Assembly (NCBI GenBank): GCA_013239625.1
Contig: MU054220.1
Coordinates: 684,800-728,419 of the forward strand
Reading direction: 5' to 3'
Source of the DNA: Lama guanicoe
Taxonomy: Eukaryota
Length of the DNA: 43,620 nucleotides
Shown here piece after piece: positions 13,258 through 24,217 of the stretch (position 1 is the stretch's first letter; each line of letters begins with the position of its first letter). The notes under the pieces are model-generated. The model saw nothing but the letters and a program-made list of their open reading frames with translations. It had not been told where the DNA came from and searched no databases. The position numbers and the translations under genes are program-made.

Positions 13258-15614
13258 GTAAGTTTGGATACTCTGCACCTATTTATTTTTTTAATTCCTG
13301 GCTACTACATTATCTCCACCATGGAGACCCCACCTAATACACCTGCTAATCTTTATCTGCTCACATGGCATCATGAACACACCCTGGTTACACAAAGACT
13401 TCGGTATGGTTCACTTGAGAACTACAGTCTTCCTTTTCTAGATTGTGAAGTACTGCACATTACAAAATAGTTTAATAACCCCTCTTTCAAGATACAATGT
13501 GCTTGAGGGCACAAAAAATGTTTTTCAAATAAATTACTAAATACATGACTAAAGTAGTCTGAATTGTTTGGAACATCAATACATAAAAATGGGCTTTATG
13601 GCTGCAGATTTGGGTGGAGACATTTAATGTATTTCTGAACCTACTAATTAAATATTTGATAAGGACACACAATTATTAATGAGCCAATATGACCATATGT
13701 ATTTATAATTCTTAATTTATCTTAAATATGAAAGTCCAAAAGTAAAAAAAAAAAAGTAAGTTTGTCCTAGAAAATGATAGGAAAATAGACTTGATAGCAT
13801 ACAGACCAAAACTGTATACTCAATGCAGTGGCCAACATCATGAAATACTGAAGTGACACAGACTTTTACATCAAATTGCTTGCAATGCCTAGCATATTTT
13901 CAATTGTCAATACTTTATATCACTCTTTTAAATTAATAAATGAAAGGAGCTCATTGTAATGATTAATAATGCTCAGTTTCCTTATAGATTAAGATTATAC
14001 ACAAATCTAGAGATTTTTTTTAACACTCGGAAACCCAAACTGAAAACTTCATTAGATGTTTGCCCAAGAGCTTTTGTTTGTTTGCAGAAATGAAGGATAT
14101 TTCATCTCTGTTAAAGAGAAGACAATTCACCACAAGAGAAGAAAACATATTTAAGGGAAACCTTGTGCCCATGTGGTCAATCATAATCTGTGCTCTGGCT
14201 GCTCACAACTTTCAAGACAATGTATTGAAGACTAGATGGCATTTAGGAGAAATACAATGGAATAAGTAAGTCTTTCAGCTTACATTTAAATGCATTACAT
14301 TTCAGTTTATATTTTTACTTGTATATAGCACCACTGCCAGCATCATTCTCACAAGAAAGAACTAAAGAAAAAGTTTGCTTGTTGAAATAACCCCACGATA
14401 ATATTTCTTTCCAAATGTGAGAGGAAAAAAAAAACCTTCATTGAAAGAAATCATCATTATTTCAAGTTGAATAATTATTTGCCAGGACAAAAACAAATTA
14501 AATGAAGAAATCAGTTACTATCTTCTATGACTCTTTTTGAAACCTACATTGCCCTCCCTTTTCTGGCTTTCTGCTCTGTTCTGTGTATGTGGGGTTTTCA
14601 AATACTTGAATATTACAAAGTCTCCTGGGAATATAACCACGATCAGGTTCTATAGCAACTGCTGAGTGACATCCTTCCCCCCCAAAAAAACCACCCCAGA
14701 TCTAACATGCTTAAGTAAAACCTTTAATTTAGAAAACATGAACTATTTATTAATAAATAAGCAAACTTCCTTTCATTTAGAAATGTAACTTAAAGAAATC
14801 TGAGTACTCTAAATGTGCTTTTCAGATTGGAGAATGAAAAAATAGTAATGGGCACTTTTGAGACATTAAATAACTTAGAACATTCATTCTGTTCATCACA
14901 TATGTCAAGGACTAAATATAAACATGCCTGAAGTTTACAATAGATTATTTAAAGACAACATTTTTTTCAAACTGGAGTATCTTGGAGAAAGTTTGTGCTG
15001 AACATATGAAAATATATATATATATGAATTTATATGTATTTATAAAAAATACTTTTTATAAATATGTATAACAAATATGAGAAATAGAAATGTATGGGCA
15101 AATATGACATTCTTTAAGATGTTAAGTGTGCTGTATGACTTTATATTTATATCATAAACCACCAAGGGCAGTCAAATATATCCTTAATTATGAGTAATAG
15201 ACAATGCCAAACATGTGAATCAAAACCATATTAAATATGGCCAAAAATTACAAAGGAACTAACAAAACGGAGCCTATATATTAACTATATATTCATAAAT
15301 TTAGTCAGAATCACATCAACTCTAACAAGGTATTATATTTGAAGAATTTTATAGGAAAGTTTAACATTCACAAGCTTATATGAGACTCATAATGATCCTA
15401 TGAAGTCATCATTGCAAATTGAAGAACAAAATGTTATTACTAAGAAACCAACATATAATATACATTAGGAAACTCCAGCTGGAATATCCCTGATAAGCAG
15501 TACTTATTTTTACTTAAAATATTCCACAATATCAAATAACACACCATATATTAATTTCTTTATTTTTTCAGATAATCCATTTTACACTCATCCCGTCTCC
15601 TCATTCATGATATC

Positions 15615-16547
15615 ATGAAGCTGAACAATAATGTGACTGAGTTCATTCTGGTTGGGTTGACCCAGGATCCCATTAAGAAGAAAATAGTATTTGTCACTTT
15701 CTTGCTTTTATATCTGGGGACATTGCTGGGTAACTTTCTGATTATTACTACCATCAAGACCAGCCGGGCACTTGGGAGTCCAATGTACTTCTTCCTTTTC
15801 CACTTATCTTTATCTGATACCTTCCTCTCTACTTCCATAGCTCCTAGAGTGATTGCAGATGCCCTCTTGAAGAAGACCACTATCTCTTTCAGTGAATGCA
15901 TGATTCAAGTCTTTTCTTCCCATTTCTTTGGCTGCCTGGAGATCTTCATCCTTATCCTCATGGCTGTTGACCGCTATGTGGCCATCTGTAAGCCCCTGCA
16001 CTACATGACCATCATGAGCCATCGAGTCTGTGGTGGGCTGATGGCCCTGGCCTGGGTGGGGGCCTGTGTGCATTCTTCAACTCAGATTTTTCTGACCTTG
16101 AGTTTACCTTTCTGTGGTCCCAATGTGATTGATCATTATTTTTGTGACCTGCAGCCTTTGTTAAAACTTGCCTGTGCAGATACCTATGTGACCAACCTAC
16201 TCCTGGTGTCCAACAGTGGGGCCATATGCACAGTGAGCTTTGTTGTGCTGATGGTCTCCTATGTCGTCATCCTGCATCATCTGAGAAACCACAGTGCTGA
16301 AGGGAGGAGAAAAGCGCTCTCCACCTGCATCTCCCACATCATCGTGGTCATCCTGTTCTTTGGTCCTTGTATATTTATATACACACGGCCTGCAACCACC
16401 TTCCCCATGGATAAGATGATAGCTGTGTTTTATACAATTGGGGCACCTTTTCTTAACCCTCTGATTTATACGCTGAGGAATGCAGAAGTGAAAAATGCCA
16501 TGAGGATGTTATGGAGAAAGAAGCTGATCTCAGATGACAAAAGATAA
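15615..16547 (+). CDS. OR4C16: Olfactory receptor 4C16-like, copy 2 (310 aa, intact)
   Basis: Full OR motif set (MAVDRYVAICKPLHY, HYFCDLQPLLKLAC, KALSTC, PFLNPLIYTLRN); KKTTISFSECMIQVFSSH and KKLISDDKR as in OR4C16; acceptor ttttttcAG at 15570-15571. Confidence 0.93.
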   Translation: MKLNNNVTEFILVGLTQDPIKKKIVFVTFLLLYLGTLLGNFLIITTIKTSRALGSPMYFFLFHLSLSDTFLSTSIAPRVIADALLKKTTISFSECMIQVFSSHFFGCLEIFILILMAVDRYVAICKPLHYMTIMSHRVCGGLMALAWVGACVHSSTQIFLTLSLPFCGPNVIDHYFCDLQPLLKLACADTYVTNLLLVSNSGAICTVSFVVLMVSYVVILHHLRNHSAEGRRKALSTCISHIIVVILFFGPCIFIYTRPATTFPMDKMIAVFYTIGAPFLNPLIYTLRNAEVKNAMRMLWRKKLISDDKR

Positions 16548-17529
16548 GTGGAAATTTCATAGTTTTCTTCATAGTTTAGATTGACCTAGAAGTCCCTAGA
16601 GAATATTATCTCTTATTGTGGCATTCATATAATCCTGTCACAGGGCATTAGCATTCGTTTAATTCAGGAAAATAAGCACGGTAAACACACACACTGATTA
16701 GTGTTCAGTCAGTGTTATGTACAAGATGAGACAGCACCAGATGTAAACATGTATACAAGGTTCATTGCCACAGATGGTTTTCACTGCTTTGTTTCTGCTT
16801 CTGTTGCCTGCCTGATATTACAGTGCTTTTGATCTAATGTTTTCCATGTCCTCCTTCATGCTAACTTCTGGTCTCCTCTGTGTAAAGTTAAACTTCTAAA
16901 TGCTCATATCCACAGCCTGGCAGGTTGTCCCTCTTTTAACTGGTTTTATTAAATATTTTAGTCACATCTGCCTTATCATAGACCTTCAACTTGGTGGTTC
17001 TTCCTGACTAAGCAGAAAGAACTAGATTCAAATAATATAGAATTGTAATGTTGTAAAGAATAGTATAAAATCTAGATAATTTCCCTTCAATTTCTTGGTG
17101 TTATACTTTGAATTCCTACCATGTGTTTACTGAGATCCTTCTAACAGCTACAGAATATGGAGATAAAAGTCCACCTTTGAAGAACTTCTTTGACCATAGG
17201 AAGGCTTTGACTACTGGGTTTATACTTACAATGATACTCCTTTGCAAAAAGGTATGTTTCTAATTTGAGTCCTTCTGAATTTAGAAGGTATATATTTTCT
17301 CTTGAATTATACAAATGTTAGTATTTTGTCTCAATGTTGACTTATTGTAACTATAAAATTGATGGCCCAAATTAAGGGTGATATACTGATATGGTCCAGA
17401 AGTAGAGACTGTAAGCAGTTGATGTTGGTGAATATTAACATACTGATAGATTAAAACAAATAATGAAATAGAGGAGGATCTAATGCTTTGAACAGTGATA
17501 TTTATATGATGACTATGAATTATAAACTC

Positions 17530-18225
17530 CATTCAGCAGTCACACTTCTTGGTATTTACCAAAAGAAGTTGAAATCTTATGTCCACACAAAAATCTGCAC
17601 TCACGTTTATAACAGCTTTAATCTTAATTGCTGAAATCTAGAAATAATCAAGATATCCTTTAGTGGGTGAATAGATAAACTGGTATATCCAGATGAGTAT
17701 TATTCAGTGCTAAAAAGAAATGAGCTATCAAGCCATGAAAAGACATGATGAAAACTTAGATGCATGTTATTAAGTCAAAGAAGCCAATCTGAAAAGGTTA
17801 CATACTGTATGACTGCAATTATTTAACATTCTGCAAATGACAAAACTATGGAGACAGCAGAAAGTTCAGTGTTTGCCAAGGGTTAAAGTGGAAGGAAGAA
17901 TCAATAGGTGGAGAACAAAGGACTTCTAGAACTATGAAACTACTCTGTGTGGTACTGCAATGGTGGATGCATGCCATTATACATTTGTCTGTATCTGTAT
18001 GACATATGGCTCCAAGAGTGAACTCTAATGTAAACTCTGGACTTTCAGTGATAATGATGTGCCGGGGTAGCTTTATCAATTGAACAAATGTACCACTCTT
18101 GTGGGACATTAACAATGGAGAAGGCAATGCATGACTGGGACAGGGGTACATGGGATACTTCTATATCTTCTGTTAAATTTTGCTGTGAACCTAAAACTGC
18201 TCTAAAATATAAAGTTTTAAAAAAT
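17530..18225 (+). mobile_element. L1MC1-like 3' UTR
   Basis: ttatgtccacacaaaaatctgcac...caaaactatggagacag...gtgaactctaatgtaaactctggacttt...tgctgtgaacctaaaactgctctaaaa. Confidence 0.85.
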
Positions 18226-18780
18226 GTCAATAGAGAAGATAAAATTTAATACTGAACAAAAATCATCTACTCAGCTTAGAAGAACACAGGAAAGAAAGAA
18301 AATAAGTCACAAAGGGGACAAAGAAAATGTAAACTGCAATAAGATGAATTTAAATCCAAAAATTTTAACAATTGCATTAAATGAACATACACTACATTTA
18401 AAAGACAGACGTTGTCAGACTAGATATAATAGGAAAATCTTCAGCAAAGAAAAGTAATGGACTAATGATAACACATCAACATGATGAATCTCAGAAACAG
18501 ATTATACAGATTACTAAGTGCTGTGATTCAATTTATCTGCAGTTCTAGAACAGGCAAACTGAAAGAGTGAGACACATCAGAGATGTGGTTGCATCTGGGG
18601 GGACTGATGGAATAGCGGGATGGCAGAACTTTTGGGTTAGTGAAAGTGTTCTAGATCTTGAATTTGTTGATGGTTACATGAATATACACATTTATCAACA
18701 CTTACCAACCATAAGCTTAAAATCTCTGTATTATATCAAATATAAAATCTCTCTCAGAAAAAGTAATACAAAATACAACT
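18226..18780 (+). mobile_element. Old L1M fragments (ORF1/ORF2 junction and L1ME-like 3' UTR)
   Basis: aattgcattaaatg...ttaaaagacagacgttgtcagactagat; gatgaatctcagaaac...agttctagaacaggcaaact...gtgttctagatcttgaatttg. Confidence 0.6.
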
Positions 18781-18939
18781 AATATCTCTAAGTCCCAATA
18801 AAAATGTTTATCAAATCTAGTGACCATTTCTTTAGAAGAAAGCAGAACATCAACTGTCATTAAGAATTTCATTCCCATGAATAAAAGATGTATAGCTGTG
18901 TTACTTTAAATTGGTACATGATAACAACTTTTAATAGGT

Positions 18940-19930
18940 ACACTGGACTTCATCAAAATGAAAAATTTTGTGCTGAAATTTATGCTATCAACAAAGTAAA
19001 AAGTCAACCCACAGTTTGGGAGAAAATAACTGCAAATCATATACCTAATAAGGAACTTGTCTCCAGACTACATAAAGAATTCCGACCACTTAATAATAAA
19101 AACCTGATCAAAAATTTGGCAAAATATATGAATAAACATATGTCCACAGAATAAATACAAATGGCCAAAATTACATTAAAAGATGTCAACACCTTTACTC
19201 ATTAGGAAATGTAAATCTGAGCCATAATGAGATAGTACTTCGTATCCACCCACTAGGATGTCTAGAATAAAAAAATATAGACAATAATAAGTGTTGGTGA
19301 AGATGTAAAGAAAGTGAAGTTCTTATATATTGCTGGGGGTAATGTAAAATGGTGCAATCACTTTGGAAAACAGTTTGGCAGCTCCTCAAAAGGATAAAAA
19401 TATAATGATCAATGACCCTGCAAGTCCACTTTTAGATATTTATCCAAGAGACGGGAAAGTATATATTCACAAAAATACCTACACATCGATGTTCATAGCA
19501 ACGTTATTCATAATAGCCAAAATGGGGAAACAATCCACACATCAATCAGCCAATGAATGGATAAATGATATATCCATACAATGAAATCTTACTTGTAATA
19601 AAAACGAAAAGAAATACTGATTCTTAACACAATAGGGATGAAACTTTAGGAACATTAATGCTAAGTGGAAAAAGTAGGTGATTTCTTTTACATGAAACGT
19701 CCAGAAAAGAAAATCTATACAGACTGTTTGGTTAGGGTTGCTGGTGATGGTGGTGCAAAGGAATAATGAGTGACTGCTGATGTGTAGGGGCTTTCTTTTG
19801 GGGGTGACAATAATGTTGCAAAATTAAATAATGTTGATGTATAGTAAAACATCATTAAATTTTACACTTTAAATGAGTGAATTATATAGTATATAAATTA
19901 TATACCAATATAGCTGTTAAAAATAGATAA
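18940..19930 (+). mobile_element. L1MB-type element (ORF2 end plus 3' UTR)
   Basis: ggacttcatcaaaatgaaaaattttgtg...cactttggaaaacagtttggcag...gggctttcttttgggggtgac...tacactttaaatgagtgaattatatagtatataaattatat. Confidence 0.85.
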
Positions 19931-20329
19931 ATGCTAAATCTAGTGATCATTTCTATAAAATAACAGATCATACAGAAGCTACCATAAAAATTTCTGTCCC
20001 CCAAATTGATTCTATTAAAATCAATACATAATAGTGACCTTTAATCCCTAATTATCATGATTAAGATTTCAAATAATCAACATTATGTTATACAATTTAA
20101 TTTATATAATTCATACAGAAAGACTCAGAAATTTTATTATTGGGAAATAAATAGCATGTAGCATGAGAAAAGGCCACCTGTTTCTAATCTGCAAAATAGT
20201 GGCCTGTGAGCAACACCATGTACATCCGCTTCAGCAGCCAAGTGCAGAGCACAGTGGTCCTCAAAGGGAACAAAGGTCCTACGTGCTGCTCGAGTCCCAT
20301 GTGACTGAGGTGCCTCAGGGTGTAAAAAC

Positions 20330-21420
20330 CTGAGATCTTGAACCCTCCACTTCTCTGAACCTTTGGGCTGACAGAGTCATTCCCTTACCCATGCTCCAAA
20401 ATAATAGCGTCCCTCTGACTGGAGAATACACAAGAAATTCACCTGAAACAGGATCCTCAAAAGATTGATGTTTGCCTTTTGAAATCAGATGACACAACCT
20501 TCGTTATCTCCAGACCAATAAATCGACTCAAAGATCAGCATAATGCAAAGGAAGCTCTGAATGTGAAAGGAAATAACCTACACCCCAAAGGTATTTGCAG
20601 GACTTCACAAATACAAACTTGTGTGAGCTGGGAGAACACTTCGGAGGAATGGACCTTGAAAGTGTTAGATCTGAGTGCTGGGAAGAACTTAATTCTGGTA
20701 AGGATATTCTGAATTTTGAATGGGAACTTAGGGTTCAGCATTTTGGCAATAGCCATTGGCAGCCATATCCTTGGAGTCTGGATAAGCTTATATATCATAG
20801 CAAATTCCATGGAGGTATATGAGTTTCCTGGGAGAGAGGAGAGACTGACAAGGAATCAATTTGCCTGAGGAACAATGTGTTGGGAAAAGAGGAATACTCA
20901 GACTTCTTGAGAATTATTGGATAAAATACCAGATCCATCACTGTTACAAGAAGACCTAAAATACTATTATAATCTTTCAATTAGAGTAAAGGCTTATAAA
21001 GGCCACATTATAAATTAAGTTTTGGTGCAAGCCTGCCTCAGAGAAGGTTTGATGTGTCAGTGACTACATCCTATAATTATTTCTCTATTATTCAAATATA
21101 TCATTGGAATATGTGCATACTTAGCACCTGGAAAAACCTCATGTCGACTATTTTCCAATAAGTTCCCCTACATCACAGACAAAATAGAAAATCAGAAGCA
21201 AATCATATTTTAAAAGGAATTTCAAAGATAAAAGCAATCATAAAGGATATGAAGGACTCAAATTTCCCATAATAATGTTATTTAATTAATTGGTCTGATC
21301 CATGCAAAAAAAAAAAAAACAGATGGATTGTAGCATGTAACTATGGACTACTATAATCTCACTTAGGAAGGACCCCCAATGGAAACTTCAATGCAAGATA
21401 CGTTAACTTTACTATACTAA
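20330..21420 (+). mobile_element. Highly decayed ERVL (class III) internal gag-pro-pol fragment
   Basis: ccagaccaataaatcgactcaa...tacaccccaaag...gaatggaccttgaaagtgttagat (gag); catcctataattatttctc...atacttagcacctggaaaaacc (pro); acagatggattgtagcatgtaactatggactac (RT start), similar to HERVL/ERVL. Confidence 0.7.
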
Positions 21421-22644
21421 GTTTCAGAGTCTCTAGCAATGGGTCTGTAGCCCTTCTTCAAGCCCACACTAGCTGTTGCCCTCCAATGTCAACAGGTCGG
21501 CACAGGAATCTGGACTAACCACCCATGGAGACTCTCAACTCCAGACCCCACTGGGGGCTAGTAAGGCAAGAAAACCCGGACCCAATCAGTGTGCCATATG
21601 TAAACAAGAGGGACACTGAGAGGATGCCCTTGTCGCCCCCAAAAAGGGACAGAAATGGCAGATTTCATCCACTAACCTTGAAGAAAGAAAGTTCAAACAG
21701 ATAAAAGAACAATAGAGCCAGGGAACTCCTGAATGGCACGCCAGTTGCCCCCTCAGGGGCCCCGGCTGACATTGGACACAAGGGAAAAGCCTGTCAAATT
21801 TAATTGACATCAGCGCCACTTAGCCGGTTCTGAGCACCAGATCCGGCAAACTCAGTCACAAGAGTTGTAAAATCATAGGGGTATTAGGGAAGGCCCAGGG
21901 CTATTAGGAACAGGCATTCATGGAGCCATTAGAATGTAAGTTGGATGAACACATGCCCACCCACCCATTCCTTCCTGCACGCCCCAGAATGCCCTATACC
22001 CCCACTAGGAAGAGATGTCTTATATAAATTGGGGGCTACTATCCACCTAATAAAAACAAACTGGAGACTGGCATCCCCTCAGATGAAGGGCACAAGGTGA
22101 TAATGTTAATGGTTGAGGAAAAACCTCCCTGGAGTAAATCTCAAGGTTTGGGCCCAGGGATGGGTGGACTGAGCTGTGGGAGCCAGTCCAGTGACAGCCT
22201 CCCTAAAACTGGACATACATGGCCCAATAGAAAACAGTACCCTCTCCATCGGGAAGCCTTTGGGGGCATTGTCCCTCTGATACAGGACCTAATCAGCCAG
22301 GGCCTCAGTAGACCACAACAATCAGCCTGTGATAGCACCACTGTCCCCATAAAGAAACCCAACAGGGAATACCGACTGGGCCAAGACCTCAGGACAGTCA
22401 CTGAAGCCACCGAGTATATTCATCCAGTAGTCCCTAATCCCTAAACCCTGCTGGCCACTCTACAGTCCACATGAACCTGTATTCTGTATTAGATTTAAAA
22501 GACGCCTCCTTCTGTAGTCCACTAGCCTCAGAGTCACAAGAAATGTTTGCTTTAGAGTGTCAGGACCCAAACATGCACAAAAATAACAGTGCTGGCCAGT
22601 TCTACTCCAAGGGTGCAAAAATTCCCCCACAATTTTAGGGGAAA

Positions 22645-22735
22645 CCTGGAAAGAAGAGACACCTTAACCCCCTTGAAATGAGAACAACTCGTTTGCTCTC
22701 CAGGCAGGAGAAACCAGAAAAGCCCTCACAGAATA
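22645..22735 (+). repeat. 91-bp direct repeat, inserted copy of 23470-23560
   Basis: cctggaaagaagagacacc...tcacagaata matches 23470-23560 at 90 of 91 positions (22685 C vs 23510 T). Confidence 0.95.
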
Positions 22736-23469
22736 ATTTGGCTAAAGACCTAAAATATCTACATGTGGAGTAGAGAAGCCCTCTCCGGTATGTAGATGAC
22801 ATTCTGATCCCAAGTCCAACATAATTGGTTAGTTGAGATCATGGTAAACCTTGGCATGAAAAGCATAATCAGTCAGATAATTGAGGCACGCCCTACCTGC
22901 ACAATACACAACCCCAGCACCAGACCCCCAAGAGACCTCCCCAGATAAGGCCCATTCAGACCAGGGGGGCACATCATGGAGAAGAGTGGCAGGTTGACTT
23001 CACTGCCATGTGAGTACTGAGCAATGTCAGGTATCTCTTGGTGTCTTGGTGTTAATAGACTCATTTTCTGGATGGACAGAAGCATCCCCCTCCCCAAAAA
23101 ATAAAATAAAATAACTGAAATGGCAGCTGAAGTCGCTCAGGTGTTACTAAAAGACATAATCCTCAGGCTTGGGCTCCCGGGATCCATACAAAGTGATAGC
23201 GGTCCAGCATGTGTGCCTCATGTGAAGAAGGGATACCAAGTGCCCTGGGCATAAACTAGACCTTGCTCTCAGTCTAGAGACGCCATTGACTCTGGAAAAT
23301 AGAGAGATCCGATCAGGCCTTGAAACTAGCCTTAGCCAAGCTAGGTCAGGAAAACCAAGGAAACTGGATTGTGTCTTCCAATTGCCTGGCTGTGCGTGTG
23401 GTTAGCCCCAAGGGATAAGTTAAAATTAAAGGCATTTGAAATCATAATATAGTAGACCCATTCCCCAAG

Positions 23470-23560
23470 CCTGGAAAGAAGAGACACCTTAACCCCCTTG
23501 AAATGAGAATAACTCGTTTGCTCTCCAGGCAGGAGAAACCAGAAAAGCCCTCACAGAATA
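23470..23560 (+). repeat. 91-bp direct repeat, donor copy in the integrase C-terminal region
   Basis: See 22645-22735. Confidence 0.95.
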
Positions 23561-24217
23561 TGATGACCCAGTGCTGCGCAAATAACCTGGCCCTGCACCC
23601 CCTCCAGCCGGGAGACTGGGGGCACCTGAACAGCTGGAAAACAAGCCTGCAAAATCAGCTCGCTCTTAAGTGGAACAAACTCCACTAGGGCATCCTAGCC
23701 ACCCATTCTGCCCGAAGCTGCAAGGGGTCACTCCATGAGGACGTCACACTGCAGTGAGGACGGCCCCTGAGCACCAACCTCCAGAGAGACAACCTGGGGC
23801 AGTGGACCCCCGTGACTGTGCGTGTGACCCTCTCTCTGACAGGAAGCTTCTCTTCTAAAAAACAGCAGAAGTGTGACCAGGGAGAGTCAGGCCCCAGCAG
23901 CGAGCCTCAACGCAGGGCACACTCGCCGACACGCAAAAGGCCTAGACGCTTTCATTTCCCTGCGTATCTGAAAGCGCCTGGTGTCCTTTGCCTCCTGAAG
24001 GTCAGACAAACACGGGTCACCCAGTTACAAATGAGCAATTAGGCTCAGGTCTGGTGACAACCAACTGCATTCAGAGACAGCTGTGGGAAGTTCCACTCCA
24101 CCGCCTGCGGTCATGATGATGCCCCAAACCACCAGGAAGCGGTCACAGGAGATGAACCTGTGCCCCACCCCGACCCTAACACCCCTCAAGAATGAGGAGC
24201 AGGACAAGGGAGGGATT

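Larger units (their letters stand above)
21421..24217 (+). mobile_element. Defective class I (gamma-like, ERV1) provirus internal region: gag end, pro, partial RT, integrase
   Basis: NC knuckle QCAICKQEGH* (~21590); protease LIDISAT (~21800) and PECPIPPLGRD; RT QYPL..PIKKP..YRLGQDLR..IHPVVPNP, LDLKDA, QGCKNSP, YVDD (22789-22800); IN WQVDFT, IDSFSGWTEA, LGLPGSIQSDSGP, HPLQPGDW; polypurine tract aaggggaggga just before 24218. Confidence 0.92.

Noticed and set aside
22097..22444. 115-aa RT-like ORF as a functional reverse transcriptase or retron-like gene
   Set aside because: Fragment of the decayed ERV pol with degraded motifs, nearby stops and most of RT deleted.
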